From contig CAWDML010000001.1 of assembly GCA_963803435.1 (NCBI GenBank), positions 192,001-256,000 of the forward strand: 64,000 nt of DNA, given 5' to 3'. Shown one piece after another: positions 30,901-40,325 of this stretch. The DNA comes from an uncultured delta proteobacterium. Lineage in GTDB: Bacteria > Myxococcota > Kuafuiibacteriia > Kuafuiibacteriales > Kuafuiibacteriaceae. Position 1 is the stretch's first letter, and each line of letters opens with the position of its first letter. Both the position numbers and the translations under genes were made by a program. The notes below the pieces were generated by a model. It was not told the origin of the DNA. It worked only from the letters and a program-made list of their open reading frames with translations, and made no database searches.

Positions 30901-31143
30901 GTGAGCTTCTGGGCCAACTGGCGCCGCCTCGACCACCGAGACTCCCGGGTGAGGATCCTCTCGATCCTCCGCGAGGTGATGATCCTCGAGCCGCTCCGAT
31001 ACGCCGCCTACCGCGCGCGCGTCCCCGGCCTGATCGCCGACGGCGCTGCGATCACCGGCCGCAAGGCGAAGCAGGTCGGCCGCTCGCTCGCTAGATCCCC
31101 AGCTCGACGCGCACCGTCCGATCCTTCACGTTCACCGACTTGA
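24914..31143 (+). CDS. Giant (~2070 aa) Sel1-repeat + helical-repeat + ABC1/UbiB atypical kinase protein; frameshifts at ~28069 and ~29261
   Basis: Sel1-like repeats (WLRKAAKQGH..AQYELA; GQYLLACRYLDGLGVERD); ABC1 motifs GPFFTKVVQ, FASASMAQCH, VVVKV, HGDFHGKN, YDLG; three ORFs join by removing one T at each GATTC. Confidence 0.7.
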
Positions 31144-31600
31144 TGAACGCCTTCGCGGTCTGCCGCGACGGCGAGAGGCGGTGCACCGGGATGAACGGCA
31201 GGCTGGCCGCGACCGCCGCGCGCGCCACCAGCCGGACCGTGTCGTTGTCCTTGGGATCGAGATCCGGGAGATCGAGCCGGACGAGATCGGCGTCGTCGAT
31301 GAAGAAGTCACCGGTCTTGTGGTCGTAGCGGAGATGTCCGAGCACCGCCGCGGTTCCCGTGTGCGACTCGGCGAAGATCGTCGCGACGGCGTCGAGCTCG
31401 AGGCCGATCCGATCGCTGCCGTCCTCGAAGAGGATCCGGGGATGGTCGAGCTCGACCGCGGCGATCAGCGCGCTCTTCCGGACCGGGAAGTGCGTCGAGA
31501 TCTCCTGCTCGATCTGATCACCGGTGAACGCCACCGTCGTACGAAAAGGCGCGCTGCAGCCCGCCAGAACCAGGACCAGGCCGACGATTGCTCTCTGCAC
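31091..31600 (-). CDS. DUF1439-like lipoprotein
   Basis: Lipobox LAGC after a hydrophobic stretch; ISTHFPVRK, GHLRYD, IPVHRL. Confidence 0.65.
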   Translation of the reverse strand: MQRAIVGLVLVLAGCSAPFRTTVAFTGDQIEQEISTHFPVRKSALIAAVELDHPRILFEDGSDRIGLELDAVATIFAESHTGTAAVLGHLRYDHKTGDFFIDDADLVRLDLPDLDPKDNDTVRLVARAAVAASLPFIPVHRLSPSRQTAKAFIKSVNVKDRTVRVELGI

Positions 31601-31659
31601 GATGCCCGCAACATCCTCTCCTCCGGCACCATTCCGGACGTGAGGGCTGCTACGCCGAC

Positions 31660-31956
31660 TCAGTTCAACATCGACTTCGGCGGCTCGCCGGGCGCGTGGT
31701 CCAGCCCCTCCCGGGTGAGGAGGAATCGCACCGTGGTGTGACCGCGCTCCGTATCCAGGGACGCGTCGAAGAGCGGCCCGCCGATGCTCCCCACCGCCGT
31801 CGAGCGCCGCAGGTTCTGGACCGTCCCGCGCACCAGCTCGCCCTTGATCTCGCCGGTCGCCTCGTCGCACGCGTGCAGCGCCCGCGCGACCCGATAGAGG
31901 TCCATCGCCAGCTCCGACGACAGCGGGCGGTTGCTGAAGAGCACCGAGATCAACAT
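31660..31956 (-). CDS. Small hypothetical protein
   Basis: 98-aa ORF with typical GC3 bias in a same-strand gene run. Confidence 0.55.
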   Translation of the reverse strand: MLISVLFSNRPLSSELAMDLYRVARALHACDEATGEIKGELVRGTVQNLRRSTAVGSIGGPLFDASLDTERGHTTVRFLLTREGLDHAPGEPPKSMLN

Positions 31957-31976
31957 CGGCTGCGCGGGTCTGCTGA

Positions 31977-33750
31977 CTACTTCGGGCCGCCGGCGTCAAC
32001 CGCGGCGCTCGCCGCCGCCTTGTCCTCCAGCGCCATGATCAACGCACCCGGGCCGTAGCCGACCATCGGGATGGCGCCTTCGTAGATCCGGTTTCCGGCG
32101 CCGAGGAGCTCCGGAATCACGCCGTGGTTCGCCTCCAGATGGCGCTCGACCCAGGCGAGGAGCGCGTTCCCCTGCTCGAACAGCGTCGCGCTCATCCCGC
32201 GCGAGACGGCCTCGGGCGAGCGCGACATTCGAAACAGCGCGCTTGCCACCCGCAGATCGAGCACGACCCACTCCTGCGCCTCGTACCAACCCAGATCGGT
32301 CGTGCGCTTGAACCCCGGGCTGTCGGCCACGCCGAGCCGCTCGCGAAACGCAGCGATCGTTGCCAGCGCCGCATCGAAACCCTCCGGCCGATCCACGTCG
32401 ATGACGCCCCAGTTGAAGACCTCGATCCCGGAGACGTCGAGCGTCCGCTCCGGCTCCAGCTCGCCGGCGAACCCGACCACCACGCCACCATCGGTGACCA
32501 GATGCCGCCGGATGGCCGCGCCCAGCGCCTCCGCCTCCTCCCGATAGTGCGCCGCCGCATCGCGCTTCCCCAGCCGTTCCGCGAGCGCAGCCAGCGAGGC
32601 CAGCCCGCGCGCGCAGGCGGCGGACGTGTACGTGAAGCGCCGGCCCGGCAGGTGCCGCTCCCAGATGCTGGAGTCGCGGCGGATGAGACCGGTCTCGTCC
32701 CGAAGGTCGGCGATCACGTCTCCGATGCGCGCGGTGATCACGTCCCAGTGCTTCGCGACCGTGTCCACATCGCCGCTCTCGGCCACGTAGCGCTCGAGCG
32801 CCCACAGGGTGAGCCCGAAGCCGTCGAACTCGATGTTGGGCCCGCCCTCGGAGTCGTCGGCCTCCTCGCGGCCGTCGCCGAAGTAGCGCACCACCGAGAA
32901 TCTGGTACGGCTGCCCGACTCCGGCGTCGTGCCCCTCGTAGTCGAACGCCGCGTACGCGGTCTGGTGGTCGCGACCGAGCAGGAACTCGAATCCTCGGCG
33001 CGCCTCCTCGTACATGCCGGCCCGCGACATCGCCACCAGCGCGTACGACATGTCCCGCACCCAGGTGATGTTCCAGTGCCCGGGCGGGACGCTCGCGACG
33101 ATCGCGCCGTCCGCCGCCTGCCCCATCCGCAGGAACGTGCGGCACGACTGATAGCGCGCCTTCTCCGCCTTCGAGAGCGGCAGGCCGTCGAGCCGCGCGC
33201 GGGTCTGTTCCAGCCATTCGTCCCCGCGGGCGAGCTCCGCTTGGAGCGCCTGAGACGCACCGCCGGAGGGAGCGAGCGCGAGCGAGCCACCCGCGCGCGA
33301 CGGATCGATCTCGAGCTCGAACCACACCTCACCGCCGGGCGCAAGCCACGCCTCAGGGCCGCGCTCACCGCATGACCCGGGATCCACGGTCGCGGTCAGG
33401 CCGATCGCTCGGTCCTCGTCGCCGAGGTTCTTCGCGCGCACGATCGCGCGCGGCGATCCGCCCACCGGCGTGAGGATGGTCCTCGTCCACTCGACATCAC
33501 CGGCGCGCGTTCGCATCCGTGCACCCGGCGTCCCGATCAAATATTCAGCGTCGAGAAACGTCTCCCGTCCCGGTGCGACCGTGGCCCCGTCGATCGAGGG
33601 CACCAGGTACAGCGCATCGAGCTGCACCGGCGCTGACCCGGTCCCCGGGTTCGAGAAGATGGTCTCGCGGATGGATCGGATCGAGCCGTCCTCGAGCGCC
33701 AGCACCGCCGTGCTCACACCGTTCGCCAGCGGTAGGAACGGAAACGTCAT
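31977..33750 (-). CDS. GH15-like (glucoamylase/trehalase-type) six-hairpin glycosidase; frameshift at ~32900
   Basis: GAIVAS...WNITWVRDMSY, EFDGFGL, DSSIWE, YTSAA, IPE; the frames join as PYQISVVRYFG. Confidence 0.75.
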
Positions 33751-33756
33751 CCGCGG

Positions 33757-34625
33757 TTAATCCGCCGGGAGCCGCGCCGCGCTCCGCAGCGTCAGGATGC
33801 GCTCCGCGGCCGCCCGCCGCGACGGATCCTCGAGCATCGCCGCGAGCGCCGGTCCGACCGCCGCCTCGGGCGCATCCTGGAGCGCGCTGCCGAGCTCCTG
33901 CTCGAAGCCGGCGCGACCCACGAGCTCCAGACACACCTCGATCGCACGGTGCTCGCCGCCCCCGGCGATCCGAGCCAGCGCCGCCATCGCGTGGTACGGC
34001 GCCCACTCGGCGCCGCCCTTCGGCTCGACGATCATCCCCACGAGCGCCTCGAGCCACCCCGGCTCGCCGCTCCGCGCGATCAGGCTCTGCATCGCCGCCC
34101 GCCGCACATAGAAGTCCCTGCTGGAGAGCGCCGCCAGGCAGGGCGCGGGCGACGTCGCCTGCGCGCCGATGGCCCGCGCTTTCACCACGGCCAGCTCGAA
34201 GCGCCCGTAGAGCGCATGATCTCCGGCAAGCGGAGCGCGCAGCGAGCCCCCGCGAGCGGAGTCGGGTGCGAGGGCTTGGCCCGAGCGGGACCCGAGGGCA
34301 AGCGGAGCGCGCAGCGAGCCCCCGCGAGCGGAGTCGGGTGCGAGGGCTTGGCCCGAGCGGGACCCGAGGGCAAGCGGAGCGCGCAGCGAGCCCCCGCGAG
34401 CGGAGTCGGGTGCGAGGGCTTGGCCCGAGCGGGACCCGAGGGCAAGCGGAGCGCGCAGCGAGCCCCGCGAGCGGAGTCGGGTGCGAGGGCTTGGCCCGAG
34501 CGGGACCCGAGGGCAAGCGGAGGGCCGTCGAGCTCAGGCATCGAAAGTGAGCCCGACTCGGGCGGGGTCTCCTCGGTGGCCGAGACGTCGGAGACCGTGA
34601 TCGCGCCGGACTTCTCGACCTTCAT
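33757..34625 (-). CDS. HEAT-repeat-like protein carrying an in-frame insertion of 4 x 72-bp repeats
   Basis: Without the repeat the frame reads MKVEKS...DGPPLAGDHALYGRFELAVVK...LSSRDFYVRRAAMQSL; one repeat unit lacks a C, which shifts the frame. Confidence 0.6.
34225..34522. repeat. Tandem array of four 72-bp hairpin-containing units (72,72,72,71) plus an 11-bp partial unit
   Basis: Unit ggcaagcggagcgcgcagcgagcccccgcgagcggagtcgggtgcgagggcttggcccgagcgggacccgag at 34225, 34297, 34369, 34441; internal IRs tcgggt/acccga and gggc/gccc. Confidence 0.95.
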
Positions 34626-37032
34626 CCGCGCGACATCTCCCAGAAGCGCCCGTGCGAGGCCGTCTCCTCCATCACCTCGAAGGTCGCGGTCTTCGAGTCC
34701 ACGTCACGCGAGCTGCTGCCGGCCCAGAGCTGGAACTCGCCCGGCTCGAGCACCCGCTTGTTCTTGCGCTCGCTGAAGAACTCGAGGTCGCGCGCCGAGA
34801 GCGTGATCGTGACGGTGCGCGTCTCATGGGGCTGCAAGGTCACGCGCTCGAAGGCGACCAGACGCTTCAGCGGTTGGACCTCGCTGGCGACCAAATCGCG
34901 CAGGTAGAGCTGGACCACCTCGTCGCCCTCCCGATCTCCCGTGTTGGTGACCGTGACGCGGACGTCGATCCCATCGTCGCGCAGCGCGCGCCGGCTGATC
35001 CGCCCGGCGACCTCGGGCGCGCCCACCTCGAAGGTGGTGTAGCTCTTCCCGAAGCCGAAGCTGAACAGCGGCTCGTGCGTCACGTGCCGAGGATGCGCCG
35101 GAATCAGCTTGCCGTCTTCATCGAAGAAGGCCGGGTTGGACGTGTACTTGCCGTCCGCGCCCGGACGGTCCGCAGGACGACCGGAGGCGTAGCGATTGTG
35201 CTGCGCGCCCCCGATGAAGCCTGCGTGCGGGAGGATCTCGACCGGCAGCTTGCCGCCCGGATTGACCGCCCTGCCCTCCGCGTCGCGACCGAACAGCACG
35301 TTCGCGGTCGCCTCGCCGCCCATCGTCCCCGGCTGCCACGCCTCCAGGATCGCGGGCGCGTGGTCCGCGAGCCAGCCGAGGTTGGTCAGCGGCCGGCCGT
35401 TGGTCAGCACCACCACGATCGGTTTGCCGGTGCGCTCGTGCACCGCCTTCAGGAGCTCGAGCTGGGCCTCGGGGAGGCCCGGCTCCAGGCGCGTCGTCGC
35501 CTCACCGCTCATGTGCTGGGTCTCGCCGACGACCGCCACCACCAAGTCGGCGTCCTTCGCCGCCTCAATCGCCTCCTCGAGCATCGCCGCTCCGCCCGGC
35601 GCGTTGGCGCGGCAGCCCCGGGCGTGGGTGACGACGCGATCGCCCGCCCTCGCCCGGATGCCGTCCAGGATCGTGACCGCCTCCTCCTCGCGCCCCATCG
35701 CGCGCCACTGGCCGAGGATGTCGCCCGTGTCGGCCAGCGGCCCGATGACCGCGAGGCGCTCCACGCTGTCCGAGGAATCGGGAGCAGCGGCGCTCCCCCC
35801 GGGACCGCCGGCTCATTCTTCAAGAGCACCATCGAGCGCTCCGCGGCCACGCGCATCGTGCTCCGGTGCTCCGGCGACAGGACCACCCTCGCTTCGAGCT
35901 CGGGATCCACGTCCGCCCGCTCGAAGAGACCGAGCCGGTGCTTGAGCCGGAGGATGCGGCGGTTCGCGTCGTCGACCACGCGCTCGGGTACGAGGCCCTC
36001 GCGCACCAGATCCGCGAGGTGCTCGGCGTAGATGCCGCTCTCCATGTCGATGTCGACACCCGCCAGCGCCGCCAGCTCGGCCGCGTGCTTTCGATCGCGC
36101 GCCACGCCGTGATGGATCAGCTCCATGATCGCCGTGTAGTCCGAGACGGTGATGATGTCCTCCCCGAACCACTCGCGGCGGAGCTTGGTGTTGAGCAGGT
36201 CGCCGTCGGCCGTGCAGGGGACGCCGTTGAGCGAGTTGAACGCCGGCATCACCGCGTCGACGCCCTCGATCACCGCCCGCTCGAACGGCGGCAGGATCTC
36301 GTTCTCCAGCCGTGCCTTCGAGACGTGCACCGCGCCGTAGTCGATGCCGCCGTCCGAGTAGCCGTAGCCTGCGAAGTGCTTCGCGGTGGTGGCGAGACCA
36401 CCCTCGTGGAAGCCGCTGATGTTGGCCGCGCCCATGACACCCGCCAGATGGGGCGACGAGCCCCAGCCCTCAACGATGCGGCCCCACCGCGGATCGGACG
36501 TGACGTCGAGCATCGGCGCGAACGTGAGCGCCACGCCCCGCGCCCGCGCCTCGACCGCCGCGACGCGCGCGACCTGACGCGCCACCTGCGGATCGAAGCT
36601 GCCGGCCATCGCCAGCGGCACCGGTCCGATCGTGCGGTCTCCGTAGATGACGTCGTGCGCGATCAAGAGCGGGATGCCCAGCGGCGACGACTCCGTCGCG
36701 ATCTTCTGCAGGCGTTCGACGTCGCTGGAGTTGCCCACGTTGAGGAGCGAGCCGATACCGCGCCGCACCAGCTCGGCGGTGCCCGCGTCGTCACCGCGCG
36801 TCGGTCCGGTGATCGCACCGCCCCAGGCCGGCTGGACCATCTGCATCACCTTGTCCTCGAGGGACATCCTGGAGAGCAGCGCCTCGACCTTCGCCCCGAT
36901 CGGATCCAGGCCTGCCGCCCCCGTGATCTTGCCGGGCGGCGGCGCCGACACGCGCGGCCGTCGCACGGTCGCGGGCCGAACCTCCTCGACTGGGGGTGCG
37001 CCCGTGCGCCGACCCGAGAGGCGGGAGAGCAT
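34622..37032 (-). CDS. bglX: GH3 beta-glucosidase (BglX-like) with Fn3-like C-domain; frameshift at ~35777
   Basis: IPLLIAHDVIYG, DPRWGRIVEG, AKHFAGYG, VSDYTAI, SMVLLKN, MSGEA, FGFGKSYTTF, GDEVVQLY. Confidence 0.88.
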
Positions 37033-37150
37033 GATCCTTTATCGTGGGTTGTGGACGCAGAGTTACCTACCTTTCGAGATCTTTGAGTCGCGGTGCCCAT
37101 TTCGCCGGGGAGCCCGCAACAACCGCTCGGGATCGGTCGAAGACTCTCCC

Positions 37151-38890
37151 GTGGAGCGGGTCGGCACGCTGGGGCGCGCACGCGAAGCGTCCGGCGAGCG
37201 CCTGCGGGCGGAGTCGGGCGCGAGGGCTTCGCCTGAGCAGGCCCCGGGCACCCGCGAAGCGCGCAGCGAGCGCCTGCGAGCGGAGTCGGGTGCGAGGGCG
37301 TCGCTCGGGCCGGTGATCCTTCTGAGCCCCTCTCCGGCGGCGCCCCCGAAGCGCCGGCGCGCCGATCTCGCGGTCAAGCCGATCGCGATCGCCCGCGGCT
37401 TCAAGCTCACCCCGGCCACCCCGCACGTCCTCTCTCCGGCCGCCGCGCAGCGCTTCCTCGACGAGGTCGTGCTCCCCCGCGAGAACGCGTTCTACCGCGC
37501 AGGCGTCGGGTACGACGGCGAAACCGGAATGACGTTCGACGGACACCCGATCGACTATCACACCGGCCAGCTCATCGGTGAGCCGCGGACCCTCAGCGCC
37601 GCCTCGAAGGAGTCGCTCCACATCGGGCTCCTGGTCCGCGCCGTCGCCGGGGATCGAACCGCACAGACGATGCTCGCGCACGACGTCGCCCATCGCGAGA
37701 GCGCCCGCGCCCACGCGCTCGAGGTCCTCACCAAGAAGATCGCGACCTACGAGCGCTTCGATCGCGAGTACCCGGGCTACGGCGGCTTCCTCCCCTGGTA
37801 CCGCGTGAAGGGCGATCGGATCGAGCCGACGGACGACTGGAGAGACCGTGTGCCCGGCCTCGACAACGGCCAGCTAGCCTGGTCGCTCTATCTCGCGGCC
37901 AACGTCCTCGACGAACAAGGCGAGCACGCACTCGCGCGCCGCTATCGCGACAAGCTCGAACAGCAGGCCGAGAACGTGGTGCGCATCTTCTACGATCCCG
38001 AGCAGCGGAAGATGCGCTCCGAGGCCCGCCTGGCGCGCGGGGCCGAGGCGCCGCCCGGCGCGAACGTCTACGAGAACAACCAGCCCGACTATCCGCTCGA
38101 CGACGCCTGCGAGGGCGTGCTGCTCCTCCACTTCGCCGACCACTTCGGTCGGTGGGAGGCGAGCGGCCATCCCGAGGGGCGCGACGCGATCTGGGAGGAC
38201 GCACGCCGCATCCCCGCCACCTTCGTCGCCAAGGGCGGCGGCGCCATCCCGGCCGGCGAGCGCGTGACGCTGATGCGTGGCCACACGCTGTCGAGCCACG
38301 AGGACTGGGCCTTCCTGGTGCTGCCGTTCCTCGACGTCCCCATCGCGAAGGCGATGTTCGCCAACACCCAGGCGGTCCGCACCTGCTGGGCCGCAGAGCA
38401 GGGCCACCCGGGCCTGGCCGCCTGCGCGCATCAGCCGAAGTTCGGGAACGTCCCCCTCGATTACACGTCGATCGTCGGGGTCGACGACCCGACCATCACC
38501 AAGCTCGGTGTCCAGCCCCGCCGCATCTTCGTCCCGTACGCCGCCTTTCCGCTCGCGCTCGTGGACAAGCAGCAGTTCGCCACGTGGCTCTCCCTGATGC
38601 TCGATCCGCCGGGGATGCTCGGGCCCAACGGGATGGCCGAGTGCTTCGATCCGGCCGAGGGCGAGATCGCGCCGGTGCTCACGTGGGACGGCAAGGCGCT
38701 CCAGGCCGTTGCCTGGATGGGCGGGTTCACCGACGATATCCGGCGCTTCATGATCAGAGACGGCTTCCTCCCCGGCTTCCTGCAGCGCGTCGCCCACGAC
38801 TACTCGCGCTTCGACGGCATCCCCATCGAGGGACGCGACGCCCCGCTCTCGGCGCCCAACGTCGCCTTCCCGAGGCCGCGCGATCGTTGA
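37151..38890 (+). CDS. Putative endo-beta-1,2-glucanase, GH162-like (fungal SGL type); start codon uncertain
   Basis: SAASKESLH, YPGYGGFLPWY, DWRDRVPGLDNGQLAW, SSHEDW, LTWDGK resemble fungal SGL motifs as I recall them; divergent from the GH3 gene. Confidence 0.7.
   Translation: MERVGTLGRAREASGERLRAESGARASPEQAPGTREARSERLRAESGARASLGPVILLSPSPAAPPKRRRADLAVKPIAIARGFKLTPATPHVLSPAAAQRFLDEVVLPRENAFYRAGVGYDGETGMTFDGHPIDYHTGQLIGEPRTLSAASKESLHIGLLVRAVAGDRTAQTMLAHDVAHRESARAHALEVLTKKIATYERFDREYPGYGGFLPWYRVKGDRIEPTDDWRDRVPGLDNGQLAWSLYLAANVLDEQGEHALARRYRDKLEQQAENVVRIFYDPEQRKMRSEARLARGAEAPPGANVYENNQPDYPLDDACEGVLLLHFADHFGRWEASGHPEGRDAIWEDARRIPATFVAKGGGAIPAGERVTLMRGHTLSSHEDWAFLVLPFLDVPIAKAMFANTQAVRTCWAAEQGHPGLAACAHQPKFGNVPLDYTSIVGVDDPTITKLGVQPRRIFVPYAAFPLALVDKQQFATWLSLMLDPPGMLGPNGMAECFDPAEGEIAPVLTWDGKALQAVAWMGGFTDDIRRFMIRDGFLPGFLQRVAHDYSRFDGIPIEGRDAPLSAPNVAFPRPRDR
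37181..37299. repeat. Two diverged copies of the same 72-bp element family
   Basis: Core cgcgaagcg...gcgagcgcctgcg(g/a)gcggagtcggg(c/t)gcgagggc starts at 37181 and 37253, exactly 72 bp apart; gcgagcggagtcgggtgcgagggc is identical to the 34.2-kb array. Confidence 0.85.
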
Positions 38891-39360
38891 GCACGCCGCT
38901 GTCGAAGCGACCGCTCGACCTGGCGTTGGTCGTATGCTTCGCGAGCTTCGCTCTCACCTCGTTCGTCTTCGATCCGTTCACCGCGCTCGACGTGGATCTG
39001 GCGACCTCCACAGCGCCGCCGGCCGCGCTCATCTACTGGTTCGCGGTCCACGTGGATCCGCTCTTGATCCACCCGCCCCTCTTCGTCCGCATCATGGTGG
39101 GCTTCTCGGTGGTGGTGTTCGGGCCGACCTATCTGATCCTCGCCTATGGCCTCTGGCGAGAGCGGCCCTGGATCCGGCTCCCCGCGCTCGCCTACGCGGC
39201 CGTCAAGATCTATTCGCTCCTGGTCTACCTCGGGGTCGCGCTCTTCGGTGACACCCGGCCGCGGGATTACGGCTTGTTCACGGTCGTCTATCTGCCGTAT
39301 CTGGTGGCGCCGCTGGTGCTGGCGCTCCGCGTGCGCCGGCCGGTGAGAGGAGAGCGATGA
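38887..39360 (+). CDS. EXPERA / emopamil-binding-protein family membrane protein (sterol isomerase-like)
   Basis: Four TM segments; KRPLD, VDPLLIHPP, WIRLPAL, YLPYLVAP; TTG start overlaps the upstream stop. Confidence 0.75.
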   Translation: MSTPLSKRPLDLALVVCFASFALTSFVFDPFTALDVDLATSTAPPAALIYWFAVHVDPLLIHPPLFVRIMVGFSVVVFGPTYLILAYGLWRERPWIRLPALAYAAVKIYSLLVYLGVALFGDTRPRDYGLFTVVYLPYLVAPLVLALRVRRPVRGER

Positions 39361-40325
39361 CCACGGTGATCACCGGCGCGACGGGGCAAGTCGGCCTGCA
39401 CTTGATCGATGCGCTCGCTGCGCGCGGCCGGCGCGTGCGCGCGATGGTGCTGCCCACGGACACCGGGCTGGCCGGCCGGGACGTCGAGATCGTCCACGGC
39501 GACGTGCGCGATCCGGCCTCGCTGGCCCGGGCGTTCGAGGGCGCCGACATCGTCTATCACCTGGCCGCGGTGGTCTCGACGAAGGACGACGCCGCACCGC
39601 TCATCGACAGCGTCAACGTCGAGGGCGCCAGGAACGCCGCCCAGGCCGCCCGTGAGGCGGGCGTCCGCCGCTTCGTGCACTTCTCCTCGATCGTGGTCTT
39701 CGATCCCGATCCGATCGATCGGCCGCTCGACGAGCAGCGCCGCCGGCTCAGCGCGGGCTCCGCCTACACGCGCTCCAAGCTGCAGGGCGAGGCCGCCGTC
39801 CGCGCCGAGATCGCTCGCGGCCTCGATGCCGTCATCCTCCACCCCACCGTCATCGTGGGCCCGCACGAGACCCACCACGACGGCATCGTCCGCAACCTGA
39901 TCGCGCAGCACTTCGCCGGCAAGCTGCCCGCGATGGTCGACGGCGGCTTCAACCTGGTCGACGTCCTCGACGTCGTCGCCGGCGCGCTCGCCGCGGAGGA
40001 GCGCGGCCGCACCGGCGAGAGCTACATCCTGGGCGGTCGCTGGTACAGCGTCGGCGATCTGCTCCGGGTGGCCGAGTCTCTCAGCGGCCGGCGCCGCCCG
40101 CGGATCACCATCCCGATGTGGGTCGCCCGCGCCGCGCTGCCGCTGGTCGAGCGGGGCGCCGGCGCGATCGGCGCCAAGGCACCCTTCAACAAGGAGGAGC
40201 TGGTCCAGATCTCCGGCAACCGCCGCATCACCAGCGACAAGGCGGCGCGCGAGCTCGGCTATGCGCCGCGTCCGATCGACGACTCGCTCCGCCGGATCTA
40301 CTCCTGGCTGGCGGCGGCCGGATGA
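39357..40325 (+). CDS. NAD-dependent epimerase/dehydratase (3beta-HSD/HpnA-like extended SDR)
   Basis: TGATGQVG, VYHLAA, HFSS, YTRSK (YxxxK), GRTGESYILGG. Confidence 0.85.
   Translation: MTTVITGATGQVGLHLIDALAARGRRVRAMVLPTDTGLAGRDVEIVHGDVRDPASLARAFEGADIVYHLAAVVSTKDDAAPLIDSVNVEGARNAAQAAREAGVRRFVHFSSIVVFDPDPIDRPLDEQRRRLSAGSAYTRSKLQGEAAVRAEIARGLDAVILHPTVIVGPHETHHDGIVRNLIAQHFAGKLPAMVDGGFNLVDVLDVVAGALAAEERGRTGESYILGGRWYSVGDLLRVAESLSGRRRPRITIPMWVARAALPLVERGAGAIGAKAPFNKEELVQISGNRRITSDKAARELGYAPRPIDDSLRRIYSWLAAAG

Noticed and set aside
34225-34522. CRISPR array
   Set aside because: The units are identical end to end with no variable spacers, and there are no cas genes; it is a tandem repeat
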